64,000 nucleotides of DNA from Gammaproteobacteria bacterium (GCA_963662545.2 CAXXLL010000002.1:864001-928000), one strand, 5' to 3'; numbered from the stretch's first letter, positions 1 through 10,033 are shown. The notes: generated from the letters alone by a model not told the origin. Translations and numbers: made by a program.

Positions 1-189
1 GGCGAGCATTTCGTACATCGGCAGCCACATGCGTGTGAATCCAGCGCCGTGAAACATCACCACTATTTCGCCTTTACCCTGGCGGCGATAGGCGATCGGA
101 ATCCCGAATACCTCCTCGAATGCCGGCGGAGTGTAGTATTTGGTGGGCTTTGGAACGTCTAGCTTTTCGATGACGTCTATATAACTCAT
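1..189 (-). CDS. alpha/beta hydrolase, N-terminal part (runs off the window start)
   Basis: Manual translation from ATG at 189 gives MSYIDVIEKLDVPKPTKYYTPPAFEEVFGIPIAYRRQGKGEIVVMFHGAGFTRMWLPMYEMLA, with the typical 'YRRQGKG..VVMFHG' start. AGGAGG RBS about 10 nt upstream. Not in the ORF track. Confidence 0.75.
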   Translation of the reverse strand, partial: MSYIDVIEKLDVPKPTKYYTPPAFEEVFGIPIAYRRQGKGEIVVMFHGAGFTRMWLPMYEMLA

Positions 190-523
190 CGGGCACGACC
201 TCCTGGGCGTTTCATTGTTTTCCCCGCTACTATTTTACGCGAGCCAAGTGCAATTGCATCCACGTATTTTGGGGGTGGCTGGGGATAAAGAATAGATCAG
301 TATCAGGTCTTGCCTTGTGTCAGAAGTAGATCGGCGTCAGCTCCGGGCTTTTGCGATGGGACGTAACGTATTCCACTTAGGACCGCACGTGGCAGGCGGA
401 TCTCAATCTGCCCGGCATAGAGACCATCGCCGTCACTGTTTTTGCCCGTCGAATTACCGTTAGGTTAGTGTCCGTCCAGAACAGAGTAACTCTTGCCAAG
501 ACGCAAACATCGCAAAGATTTCA

Positions 524-583
524 ATTCGCCCGCAAGCGGGCTTCTACTCGGGCCATACCCTAAGAGCCCGCTTGCGGGCGAAT
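524..583. repeat. REP-like inverted doublet (GTAG family)
   Basis: 524-547 ATTCGCCCGCAAGCGGGCTTCTAC and 560-583 CTAAGAGCCCGCTTGCGGGCGAAT are inverted copies of consensus GTAGGAGCCCGCTTGCGGGCGAAT. The same unit recurs at 11780, 44860 and 48191-48253. Confidence 0.75.
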
Positions 584-783
584 GACGACCACCGTCTCAA
601 ACAACAAGGTGTCCTATTATTCAGGACACCTGTTCAGGAGACGACGGAAAAAAACCAATCCCTCCGTACCCGATTCCTATGATTTCTCTCAACCGAACGA
701 GCCGGCAATAATGGTTTAGACCGCATGCTAAGATCGATCGCCGATCTCGACTCAACTCCACACTATCGCGAGAGATCAAAGCC

Positions 784-1836
784 GTGCCCTCACCATCGCT
801 TCCCGAAGGCCTGATAGAACTCGACGAACTCGATCTACTGGTCGTCGTCGACAATGAAACGGACACGCTGTCCAGCGTCGACGAGGGCGTACCGCAGATC
901 CCGGAAGTCGTGCAAATCGCTGCGAGAACGCCGCCCGATCGCATCTACGATGGGCACGAGTGCAAGGTCGTCTTCGATCAACTCTGCTGCGCCTGTCACG
1001 GACTGTCGGTGCTCATCACCGGACGTCGTGGTGATGTGCGGCACACGATGTTGTTCGACGTCGGTCCGTATGCCGATGTCTGGCTCGATAACACCCGACG
1101 CCTGGATATCGACATCGCGACTATTGAAATGCTGTTTCTTTCCCATTGGCATTATGACCACAGCGGGGGTTTCCCGGAGGTGATCAGTGCGATTTGCGCC
1201 GCGCGCCGCGACGCGGGCCGCTCCGAGCCGCTCATTGTCGATCTCCATCCGGAGCGCCCCGATCAGCGCGGCATATTGATACCGAGCGGCGTCATGATTC
1301 TGCTTCCGAAAGAACCGGAATTCGCGGATATCGAGGCTGCGGGGGGCAAGATCTCGAAGCATGGTGAAGCGCACGCCCTATGCGACGGCTTCTTCTACAG
1401 CAGCGGCGAAATCGATCGTGAGACTGCCTACGAAACCGGTCTCGTTGGCCATCACAGCTTCCACGGCGATGACGGCTTTCCCGATCCTCTGATCATGGAC
1501 GAACGTTTTCTCGCCGCTGCCGTTCGCGGGCGGGGCGTGACGGTCTTGTCAGCCTGTTCGCATGCCGGCATCGTCAACGCGTGCCTCGGGGCGAAGCGCG
1601 CGTTTCCGGGCAGGCCCACGGACCTGGTCCTGGGCGGCTATCATCTGGCCGGAAAAGCGATGGAGCCGCGTATAGATGAAACCGTGCAGGATCTCGAAAC
1701 ACGCATTCAACCCCGACTCCTGGCACCCGGGCATTGCACGGGCTGGCGCGCCAAGGCCCGTCTGGCAAACACTTTCGCACCCGGCCGGTACGCGCCGAGC
1801 GTGGTCGGCACGCGTTATCGGCTGGAAGCTGAATAA
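784..1836 (+). CDS. MBL-fold metallo-hydrolase
   Basis: 350 aa with the HxHxDH motif SHWHYDHSGG, plus ACSHAGIVN, GGYHL and PGHCTG. Confidence 0.9.
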   Translation: MPSPSLPEGLIELDELDLLVVVDNETDTLSSVDEGVPQIPEVVQIAARTPPDRIYDGHECKVVFDQLCCACHGLSVLITGRRGDVRHTMLFDVGPYADVWLDNTRRLDIDIATIEMLFLSHWHYDHSGGFPEVISAICAARRDAGRSEPLIVDLHPERPDQRGILIPSGVMILLPKEPEFADIEAAGGKISKHGEAHALCDGFFYSSGEIDRETAYETGLVGHHSFHGDDGFPDPLIMDERFLAAAVRGRGVTVLSACSHAGIVNACLGAKRAFPGRPTDLVLGGYHLAGKAMEPRIDETVQDLETRIQPRLLAPGHCTGWRAKARLANTFAPGRYAPSVVGTRYRLEAE

Positions 1837-1882
1837 AGCTTCGCTGCCATACCTGAGCGGTTGCGAACGATCCAATTCGAGA

Positions 1883-2740
1883 TCAAGCTGGCGCGTCGTC
1901 GCGCTCGGCCAGCATCGTCTGCAGTACTTCGTCCAGAGTCGGGGGCGGGGACACATCCTTGTAGGCAGCGAGCGAAGCATAGGTTTGCGCCGCGGCGCGA
2001 TGATAGTCTCCAGGCAGGCTTTTGTCGTCGAAGGTGTCGGCGATTTCGCGCATTTCGCCGACAAAGCGCCATGCCTTTGCGGCATTGAGCGATGCTGCGG
2101 ATTCACTGTTCGATTCGAGACCCGGCTGCGACCGATGCCATTCTTCACAGAGGGCGTCTTCGACGCCCTCTGTCCGGGCCAGCGCCCGCACCGCAAGGAG
2201 CAGGGCCGACGAACCCTTGGTCCATGCCGCGTAGCACATTTTCAACGCCGACGCCGCCGTGCGATGCCCCCCGATATCGATGGCCTCGAGTTTGCTGCCC
2301 GCGAAGTATGCAGCGGTTTCAGCGGCCCGCGCCCCGGAAAGATAGAGGCGGGTCGTACCGTCCGCGTACGGGGGCGGACCGATGATGCCGCCGTCCACAT
2401 AGTTGGCGCCACCGGCTTCCACGGTGTCCGCTACGGCTTGCGCGGAACGCGGAGAGATAGCATTTGCATCGAGATAGATGCCTTCGAATCCCGTCTTCGC
2501 GACTTCACTCGCAGTGCCCTTGGTCGCGGCCGGCGGGCAGACGGCTATCACAATGGCGGCGTTTTCGATCAGTTCGCCGAGCGTGAGATACGTTTTCAAT
2601 TCGGCCTTTATTGCCCGGTCGCGCGTCGCCTCACTGCGCCCATCAGCGACCCAGCCAACGGTATGCCCCATCGCATTTGCGCAGGCACCAATGGCAGCGC
2701 CCATTTCCCCGGGATGGAGTAAGGCAATTCGTACGGTCAT
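1883..2740 (-). CDS. NAD(P)-dependent oxidoreductase (6-phosphogluconate/3-hydroxyisobutyrate DH-like, DUF1932-type C-terminus)
   Basis: Rossmann-like start IALLHPGEMGAAIG, then DGGIIGPPP, ASALKMCYAAWTKG and KAWRFVGEMREIA. Start trimmed to ATG at 2740. Confidence 0.85.
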   Translation of the reverse strand: MTVRIALLHPGEMGAAIGACANAMGHTVGWVADGRSEATRDRAIKAELKTYLTLGELIENAAIVIAVCPPAATKGTASEVAKTGFEGIYLDANAISPRSAQAVADTVEAGGANYVDGGIIGPPPYADGTTRLYLSGARAAETAAYFAGSKLEAIDIGGHRTAASALKMCYAAWTKGSSALLLAVRALARTEGVEDALCEEWHRSQPGLESNSESAASLNAAKAWRFVGEMREIADTFDDKSLPGDYHRAAAQTYASLAAYKDVSPPPTLDEVLQTMLAERDDAPA

Positions 2741-2791
2741 AAGGCCTCCGATAAGCTTGCGGAACGAAGGGTGCAAGCACTGCGCGACGTG

Positions 2792-3157
2792 TCAGCCGAT
2801 CATGGTGTAGCCGCCGCTGACGCTCAAGACCTATCCGGTCACATGCCCCGCGGCCGCATTCGATGACAGGAACAACACGGCATTCGCGACGTCGCGCGGT
2901 CGGCCGAGCTTCTTCAGCGGCAATGCCCTCGCGATATTCTCCAACTTCTCCGCGGTGAACATTGAATCCATGTCGGCCTACAGGCTGTCGGCGCCGGCCG
3001 TCTCGGCATCCTTCGCGACGGCATGCGCCTACTCCATATCGACGTTGCCCAGAGCGATCTTCGCACCTTCGCCGGCAAATCCTAAAGTGTTGGCACGGCC
3101 AATGTTCGATGCGCCGCCGGTCACGACGACGGCCTTATTCTCGAGTTCAAGATCCAT
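2792..3157 (-). pseudogene. SDR oxidoreductase pseudogene (internal deletion and three TAG stops)
   Basis: 122-codon frame MDLELENKAVVVTGGASNIGRA...ME*AHAVAKDAETAGADSL*ADMD...PLKKLGRPRDVANAVLFLSSNAAAGHVTG*VLSVSGGYTMIG*. The SDR N- and C-terminal motifs are present; the NNAG/YxxxK core is missing. Confidence 0.85.
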
Positions 3158-3282
3158 GTTTTACTGTCGCGTTATCCATTTCGAATTTCGTCGAACTACC
3201 GGTATTTCGTCGAGCTGGTTAACCCGCAGTGCTTATTAGGGTGCCTTAGGACTCGCGCACCGGCTGCCGACCTATTCGCCTG

Positions 3283-4161
3283 TCAACCTCTGTGCGCATC
3301 CAGGAACGCGAGCAGCGCACCGGAGTAAGCCTCCGATTCTTCCCACATGATGACGTGGGTGCCATTTTTGAACGTGCGGGTCTCGGCGTTCGGCAGCGCG
3401 TCCTGCATGCGCTTGCCGACACCGGCGTCGTAGCGCCCAGTCATGATCAGCGTTGGTTGCGTGATCTTGTGAAGATCCGCGATCCGGTTCCAGTCTTTCA
3501 TTGCACCGGTGTAGCAAAATTCGTTTGGGCCCTGGAGCGCTTCAAAAGGTGCTGGGTTGAAGCCCAGGATCGAGCGGTTGAGTGCGTCGGGCCAGGTCTC
3601 CAGGTTACACACGAAGCGGTAGTTCAGCAGTGTCACCGCAGCCTGGTATTCGGGATGATCGAACATGCCGCGCGCCTCGTAACGCTGCATCATTGCGTCG
3701 GTCTCCAGGCCCAAGACACGACGCAGGCGAATCTGCTCGCCCGCAGAGTGGGCAATGTCTGCAGAGCCGTTGGCGATGATGAAGGACTTGAATGTATCGG
3801 GATAGGTCAGCGCATATTCGATGCCGAACCACGTGCCCCATGAATGGCCGTAGAGATGAACCGTGCCCAGTCCCAGGGCATCGCGGACGGTTTCTGCCTC
3901 GTTTACGTAACGTGCCAGTGTCCACAGACCTGGATCGTCGGGTTTATCAGACTCACCGCAGCCGAGCTGGTCGTAGCAGACGACGCGATAACCCTCGTCC
4001 GCCAGCCACGAATGCGCATCGCGAATGTAGTCGCAGGCCATGCCGGGGCCGCCGTTGAGACAAAAGAGCACCTCCTCGCCGGTGCCAAAGCTATACGTAA
4101 CGATTTTGTGACCGTCGACCTCGACACGCCGCACATCGTCAGCTTTACGGTCTTCGAACAT
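3283..4161 (-). CDS. proline iminopeptidase-family alpha/beta hydrolase
   Basis: NGGPG oxyanion motif, YDQLGCGESD, nucleophile motif GHSWG, GPNEF, GRYD and a C-terminal His. Start set at ATG 4161 (GTG 4170 possible). Confidence 0.88.
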   Translation of the reverse strand: MFEDRKADDVRRVEVDGHKIVTYSFGTGEEVLFCLNGGPGMACDYIRDAHSWLADEGYRVVCYDQLGCGESDKPDDPGLWTLARYVNEAETVRDALGLGTVHLYGHSWGTWFGIEYALTYPDTFKSFIIANGSADIAHSAGEQIRLRRVLGLETDAMMQRYEARGMFDHPEYQAAVTLLNYRFVCNLETWPDALNRSILGFNPAPFEALQGPNEFCYTGAMKDWNRIADLHKITQPTLIMTGRYDAGVGKRMQDALPNAETRTFKNGTHVIMWEESEAYSGALLAFLDAHRG

Positions 4162-4297
4162 GAATCTCACAGTGCCTCACGGATGCATCGTCTGGGCAGT
4201 TTATCCGTTTTTGAGGTGGCACGGCTCTCGTTCGCCCGCGTAGATTCCTGCGGTATCGCACAGGTAGAATCCCGCTTCCAGGCGCATCATCCCGCGC

Positions 4298-4693
4298 TCA
4301 CGCGAGTGCTATACATTCCACTTCAATATCGAACGCAATAGGCCAGGATCCAACCGCGACGAATGTCCTCGCCGGCGGCGCGGAGGCGAAATGTTCACGG
4401 TACACGCCGTTGATGGCGTCAAAGTGCGCCGCATTGGAGGCGTACACGGTCACCTTCAGCACCTTTTCCAATGACGAGCCGGCCGCTTCCAGACAGGCTT
4501 TCACATTTTCGAGGCAATGCCGGGTCTGTGTGACGATGTCGGCGTTCAGAATGAACTCGCCGGTTTCCCGATCGATCGGCGGCATCCCAGACACAAACAC
4601 GAGTCCAGCGCCTTTAATGACGGTTGAGAGCGGTACCTTGGCCTTCTCGATGGCTTCGGTGAGTTTTCCAACGCGGATGATTTCTTTATCCAT
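4298..4693 (-). CDS. RidA/YjgF/UK114 family protein
   Basis: VFVSG, LEAAGSSLEKVLKVTVY, PPART and IEVECIA motifs; about 131 aa. Confidence 0.9.
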   Translation of the reverse strand: MDKEIIRVGKLTEAIEKAKVPLSTVIKGAGLVFVSGMPPIDRETGEFILNADIVTQTRHCLENVKACLEAAGSSLEKVLKVTVYASNAAHFDAINGVYREHFASAPPARTFVAVGSWPIAFDIEVECIALA

Positions 4694-4775
4694 TAAAGTT
4701 CCTTTCATGTGGTGTTAGGGCAACGCGAAATACCTTGCCACGAACGTGGGTGTTTCGTCGGCCTCGGGCAGGGGA

Positions 4776-5240
4776 TCAATCCTTTGGCCGCGTCTGCCCT
4801 CCCATGGCTTCGGCGGCGGTCGTGCGCATCGCCCACTGCGAATAGTCGGCCTTGAGTTCTATCGTGTGTTCGTCCGGATCCAGTACGTACATCGAGGTCC
4901 CGAAACCTGTCGAGCCGTAGAGCTCGACCGGTCCGAGGGTGATCGGGATATCGTTGTCCTTCAGGTAGGCCTCCATGACGTCGACGTCTCCGCGGACGTT
5001 CAGGCACACGTGATCGATGCCGCGCTCAGCCTTGACCGCGAGCTTTTCGCCTGCCTTCAAGACGCTCAAGTCGATCAGGTTTCGCCCGCAGCGAAGCTGG
5101 TATATCTGGAGGTCCTCGATCACGCGCTCCAGCGCGAGCCCCAGAATATCGACATAAAACTTGAGTGAGCGCTCGATATTCGTCACGCGCAGAACGACGT
5201 GGTCAATGCCGCAGCATTCGATAGGGTGATTTTGTTTCAC
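4776..5240 (-). CDS. VOC/glyoxalase family protein
   Basis: IDHVVLRV..IERSLKFY, IDHVCL and YVLDPDEHTIEL motifs. Confidence 0.88.
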   Translation of the reverse strand: MKQNHPIECCGIDHVVLRVTNIERSLKFYVDILGLALERVIEDLQIYQLRCGRNLIDLSVLKAGEKLAVKAERGIDHVCLNVRGDVDVMEAYLKDNDIPITLGPVELYGSTGFGTSMYVLDPDEHTIELKADYSQWAMRTTAAEAMGGQTRPKD

Positions 5241-5333
5241 GATGCCATTTCTCTTGCCCGGTTAAAATCTACGCTACTGAAACAGAGCGGTTTCGCCGAT
5301 ATCCGCGTCATCGCACTTCTTAGTCCAAGCTTC

Positions 5334-6473
5334 TCAGCGAACTTGAGCGAAACACGTACGTAATTCGTCGACGAAGCTCGCCGGCTGTTCAAACGCGGCG
5401 AAGTGTCCGCCCTTGTCGAGAATATTGAAGTGAATGAGATTAGTGAAACGATCCTCCACCCAGCGTTTTGACGCGAAGAAGATCTCCTTGGGGTAAATGC
5501 TGACGCCGGTTGGGGTGTGTACTTTTTGCGGTTCCTCGCCCAGGACTGAAAAGCTCTCCCAGTAGATCCGCGCCGACGAGGCGCCGGCTTCCGGCAGCCA
5601 ATACATCATGACATTGTCGAGCAGTTCGTCGCGCGACAGCACATTTTCCGGAGGGACGCGGCCGGACCAGGCCCAGAACTTCTCGAGGATCCACGCCGCC
5701 TGTGCAAGCGGCGAATCCACCAGCCCGTAGCCGACGGTCTGCGGACGGGTGCTCTGCTCCTTGGAATAGCCGGAATCCCAGTCCCAGTAGTACTGTCCAG
5801 CCGCGATCGCCCGCTGCTCGAAATCCGTCAGGTCTTCCAGCAGCGGACCGGTCGGCCGGACGATCGGCAGGTTCGTATGGATCGCGGCGCAATGATCGGT
5901 CTGCGTCAGACCGATGCTGGTGGTGATTATCGATCCCCAGTCGCCGCCCTGTGCCACGTAACGGTCATAGCCGAGCGCCGCCATCAACTGACCCCAGGCG
6001 CGGCCGATCCGCTCGATCTTCCAGCCGGGGACGGTCGGTTTACCGGAAAAGCCGAAGCCCGGCAGGGTGGGACAGACCAGATGGAATGCATCGGATGCCT
6101 TGCCGCCGTGTGCCTCCGGATCGGTCAGCGGTCCGATCACTTTCATGAACTCGATCACCGAGCCCGGCCAGCCGTGGCTCATCACCAGCGGTAGCGCGCC
6201 GTCATGCGGTGAGCGTACGTGCAGGAATTGGAAGTCGAGCCCGTCGATTTCCGTCATGTATTGCGGCAGCGCGTTGAGCGCCGTTTCGCAGCGCCGCCAG
6301 TCGTATTCGTTCTGCCAGTAGTCGCAGACTTCCTTCATGTAGGCCAGCGGTACGCCCTGGCTCCAGTCGTCGGGCGTCTCGCGATCCGGCCAGCGCGCCG
6401 CGCCGAGCCGGCGTTTCAAATCGTCGAGCGCTTCCTCGGGTACGTCAAAACGGAAAGATCGGATGTCGCTCAT
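5334..6473 (-). CDS. epoxide hydrolase (EHN N-terminal domain plus alpha/beta hydrolase)
   Basis: YDWRRCE, HGWPGS, nucleophile motif QGGDWG, RIYWE and GGHFAAFEQP. Confidence 0.93.
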   Translation of the reverse strand: MSDIRSFRFDVPEEALDDLKRRLGAARWPDRETPDDWSQGVPLAYMKEVCDYWQNEYDWRRCETALNALPQYMTEIDGLDFQFLHVRSPHDGALPLVMSHGWPGSVIEFMKVIGPLTDPEAHGGKASDAFHLVCPTLPGFGFSGKPTVPGWKIERIGRAWGQLMAALGYDRYVAQGGDWGSIITTSIGLTQTDHCAAIHTNLPIVRPTGPLLEDLTDFEQRAIAAGQYYWDWDSGYSKEQSTRPQTVGYGLVDSPLAQAAWILEKFWAWSGRVPPENVLSRDELLDNVMMYWLPEAGASSARIYWESFSVLGEEPQKVHTPTGVSIYPKEIFFASKRWVEDRFTNLIHFNILDKGGHFAAFEQPASFVDELRTCFAQVR

Positions 6474-6588
6474 TGAAGGGTTCCTGGTTTCTTTTCAATT
6501 TCTGGACCGCGAATTGGCGCTGTATTTATTGTGCTGCGGTCGCGGTCACTTGCACAAGCGCTCGAAAATCCGTTGCTATTACGATAAC

Positions 6589-7275
6589 TCAGGGATCGGG
6601 TGGGGGAATGATCCCCGTCAGGGACGCCCGCGCCGAGAGTTCGATCCAATTGCCGTCGGGATCGCATACGAATCCATAGCGAGCGATTTTTTCGAGGGTT
6701 TGAGGCGCGCGGCTGAGTCGGCCGCCGCGGGCGACGATCTGATCGCAGGCTTCGTCGGCATCGAAGATCTGGACCGTCAGATATCGGAAATTCGGACCGA
6801 CGAAGTCGTCAGTCTCGACTCCACCGGGCCCCTCTTCCACGAATAACAGGCTGTCGCCGCAGCGGGCGACATTGGATCCTGCCTGCTCGAATTCCATCGC
6901 GCCGAGATAGAAGTCCATCATGCGCGCGGGATCGGGCGTGCTCACGGTGATGCCGATGCCGATGACGCCGTCCGTGCCCGGCGGCACCAGCCGCACTTTC
7001 TCCCCGCCAGGGTGTGTCCCTACCCACGCCGGCGCACCATCCCGAGCGATCGTCAGGCCGGTGTACCCCGAAGGCGCCTGCGGTTCGAAAGGATCGGGAA
7101 AATGATTGATCTTGATCACCGAGTCGTGCGCGTCGTAGCGATGCTGAATGGTGCCGTTGCCAAAATCGAGCTCGTGATCCAGCCGCAGACCGACCGTTTC
7201 ACTCCAGAACGCGCGATGGCTAGCGATATCGTTGGTGAACAGGCCGATGTCGAGATGGGACTTGGCGAGGCGCAT
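6589..7275 (-). CDS. two-domain VOC family protein
   Basis: 228 aa with VOC-like repeats, ending YGFVCDPDGNWIEL. Confidence 0.8.
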   Translation of the reverse strand: MRLAKSHLDIGLFTNDIASHRAFWSETVGLRLDHELDFGNGTIQHRYDAHDSVIKINHFPDPFEPQAPSGYTGLTIARDGAPAWVGTHPGGEKVRLVPPGTDGVIGIGITVSTPDPARMMDFYLGAMEFEQAGSNVARCGDSLLFVEEGPGGVETDDFVGPNFRYLTVQIFDADEACDQIVARGGRLSRAPQTLEKIARYGFVCDPDGNWIELSARASLTGIIPPPDP

Positions 7276-7285
7276 GGTCGGCGAT

Positions 7286-8359
7286 TCAGGATGGCAGCAT
7301 GTCGAGTGCGTCGTTGTCGATGGCCTGGTAGGCGCCGTCGGTAACCATTTTCATGAACAGTTGATCGCCGCGATCGGTTTGCTCCACGATCACGGTGGCG
7401 GCGATCGCGACCACGAGAACGGCAAAGCTGTAGTGACGGTAATCAGCCATCAGATGGTCGAAATCGTAATCCGTGACGCCGTTGGCGAGGAGATGCTCGC
7501 GATATTCATGCAGGAGTTCGACTTCGTGTGCACGCCGCGTTTCGCGATCGAAGGCGCCACCGAGGAAGTAGGCGACGTCCATGCCGGTGCCGAGAAAGTT
7601 GCTGGTCTGCCAGTCGACGAGGCAGATGCGTTCGCCCCCGATCAACATGTTGTCAACCCGGAAATCATTGTGCGAATAGCATTTCGGCAGGTCGCGGGGC
7701 GCATTCCACTCGGCGTGGCACTTGATCAACTTGTCGCAGACCTTGATGACTTGCGGGTCCATTCGATGGGCGTAGGTCTTCTCGAAATGCTCCCAGGATG
7801 ATTCCATCAACTCGGTGGTGTAGAAACCCTGCGCGCCTGCGGGGACGTACATCCAATCCTGGCTCATGAGTTCTGTATCGTTCCAGAAAGCAGCGTGCAG
7901 CAGCGCCGCTTCCTTGAGTGCCTTGCGCGCGACTTCGACGCTGCATCCCGCCATGTGATCGCCCTGCTGGGCGGGGGCCAGATCCTCGAACAGGAGCACG
8001 AACTCGTTGGTGTCGTGATCCATCTCGGCGACGTAGACGCCCGGGGTCCTGATGACCGCCCGGTGCGCGGCTTCGCGATAAAACATCACCTCGGCACGGT
8101 AAAAACCCATTTCCTTACCGGTTTTGCAGGCGACATCGTTGTCCGAGGGGAATTTACCGACCACCGTTTGCGGCGCATCCGGGGGCACGGCGCCTTCATA
8201 GTTCAGATGAAAGCGGCGCGTTTCGCCGAGTTGGCCGGTGCCGACCTTGTTCATCCTGAAATCCGCAACCCTCGCATCGATACCGTGGCGATTGAGTGCC
8301 GCCGTCAACCAGGCCGGCGTAACGGCCTGCGGCCGTGGAATGGCAATGGTTTCTGGCAT
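7286..8359 (-). CDS. aminoglycoside-phosphotransferase/ecdysteroid-kinase-like phosphotransferase
   Basis: VGTGQLG, EVMFY, LLFEDL, catalytic HNDFRVDN and VDWQ. Confidence 0.88.
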   Translation of the reverse strand: MPETIAIPRPQAVTPAWLTAALNRHGIDARVADFRMNKVGTGQLGETRRFHLNYEGAVPPDAPQTVVGKFPSDNDVACKTGKEMGFYRAEVMFYREAAHRAVIRTPGVYVAEMDHDTNEFVLLFEDLAPAQQGDHMAGCSVEVARKALKEAALLHAAFWNDTELMSQDWMYVPAGAQGFYTTELMESSWEHFEKTYAHRMDPQVIKVCDKLIKCHAEWNAPRDLPKCYSHNDFRVDNMLIGGERICLVDWQTSNFLGTGMDVAYFLGGAFDRETRRAHEVELLHEYREHLLANGVTDYDFDHLMADYRHYSFAVLVVAIAATVIVEQTDRGDQLFMKMVTDGAYQAIDNDALDMLPS

Positions 8360-8678
8360 CGCGAATAACCCTCCCTCAAAGGCTGCTCGGTGTCTCAGGT
8401 ATTCAATCTGTACATGATTGCACCGGGCGCCGGCGCCGTCGGCCCCGGGAGATTATAAAACGTTCGGCAGAATTGGAAGCGGGGGAAAGGATAAACCGGA
8501 TCAAGCAATTGGAGCGCCATCCCTCGAAACGTGATATCCAACATGCGCTTGCCCCCGTCGCGGCCGTAAGCCGGGCGCTCGACCTTGACCTGTTCGCAAA
8601 TTCCGTCGAGGATTTCGATTTTCTCATTATCCCGGATTGAATCACCGGGGTCGGGGCGCAGAGCAGATCTCCAATACC

Positions 8679-9368
8679 ATGACGGACGTTCGCAACAAAA
8701 ACATCGATTTTTACTTCGATTACATCTCGCACAACGCCTATCTGGCCTGGCATGTCCTCCCGGATCTGGCGGCGCGGCACGGCTGCGCGCTCGAACCGAT
8801 ACCGGTGCTGTTCGCCGGCTTTCTGAAGGTTTACGGGCAGCTTGGCCCGGCCGAGATCAGCCCCAAACTGGACTGGATGAATCGTAATAATCTGCGCAAG
8901 GCGTTGAAGCTCGGAATTCCCTTGAATGCGCCGGAAAGGCACCCGTTCAATCCGCTTTTTCTCCTGCGCCTGACGGCGCAGGTCGCGTCCGGCGAAAAAC
9001 GTTCGCAACTGATCGGCATTCTTCTGCGCGGCGTGTGGGTGGACGCGCTCGATGCGAACGACGCCGACGCTGTCGCTGATTATCTGGGAAAGTATGGTTT
9101 CGATGCGCGTGAACTGGTAGAGGGCGTCGGCAGCGAAGCGGCCAAGACGGCGGTCAGAGCCAACACCGACGAATGCATTGCCCGGGGTGGATTCGGGGTA
9201 CCGACGATGATCATCGGTGAGGAGGTCTTCTGGGGATACGACGACTTACCTTATCTCGAACAATATGTCTCCGGCGATGATCCCCTCGCTACGATCGACC
9301 TCGATACCTGCCTGAGCGCGTGGGAAAGATGCCGGGCACGAGGAGAGCACCGGCGGCGTTCGAGTTAA
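8679..9368 (+). CDS. 2-hydroxychromene-2-carboxylate isomerase / kappa-GST (DsbA-like) family
   Basis: IDFYFDYISHNAYL, HPFNPL and GGFGVPTMIIGEEVFWGYD. Start set at ATG 8679. Confidence 0.85.
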   Translation: MTDVRNKNIDFYFDYISHNAYLAWHVLPDLAARHGCALEPIPVLFAGFLKVYGQLGPAEISPKLDWMNRNNLRKALKLGIPLNAPERHPFNPLFLLRLTAQVASGEKRSQLIGILLRGVWVDALDANDADAVADYLGKYGFDARELVEGVGSEAAKTAVRANTDECIARGGFGVPTMIIGEEVFWGYDDLPYLEQYVSGDDPLATIDLDTCLSAWERCRARGEHRRRSS

Positions 9369-9607
9369 CGCTCTGGTCTACATAACGAAAACGCCTGATC
9401 GGGGCGGCACCACGCGGGTCGGTATCGAACTCGCTGACTTCATCGCTCACTTCGACGCCGTGGTTGTTCAGTTGGGATTCACAGGGTGGATGTCACCCTG
9501 CACTCATCGGACGTGACGTAGAGAACGTGTCGTGCCTTAGAATTGCATTGGGGAAAGCGACCCGTAACGTCGCCGCCGCATTCAGTGGATTACCGCAAAA
9601 GGGACGA

Positions 9608-10033
9608 ATGAAAATGCTTGCACGCCGACTGATCATCTTTGCGCTCTTCCTGCTGGCCGCCGGCTGCGCTGCCAACAAACCGGTGATCTATCCGAACACC
9701 CATTCGCAGTCGGTCGGCACGGGGCAGGTAGAGGGCGACATCGCTGAGTGCAAGCAACTCGCCGAATCAGCCGGGGCCAGCCCTTACGGCGGCGATGCAA
9801 GCGATGCTGCACGGGCTGCCGTGCACGGCAGCGCGGTCGGTGCGGCGACCGGTGCGGTCGGTGGCGCCATCGGCGGTTCCGCGACCCGGGGCGCGAAGAT
9901 AGGCGCCGCGTCGGGCGCCACCGCGTCCCTGCTCCATGCCTTCTTCAAAAAACCCGGATCCAATCCGACCTACCGCAACTTCGTCGAGCGCTGCCTGCGC
10001 GATCGTGGCTACGACCTCGCCGGTTGGAATTGA
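9608..10033 (+). CDS. glycine-zipper lipoprotein
   Basis: Lipobox LAAGC, Gly/Ala zipper GAATGAVGGAIGG and C-terminal 'FVERCLRDRGY' motif. Confidence 0.8.
   Translation: MKMLARRLIIFALFLLAAGCAANKPVIYPNTHSQSVGTGQVEGDIAECKQLAESAGASPYGGDASDAARAAVHGSAVGAATGAVGGAIGGSATRGAKIGAASGATASLLHAFFKKPGSNPTYRNFVERCLRDRGYDLAGWN

Noticed and set aside
2792-3157. Amber (pyrrolysine or TAG=Gln) recoding as the explanation for the SDR remnant
   Set aside because: The gene also lacks its catalytic core, and several intact genes in the window terminate at TAG.
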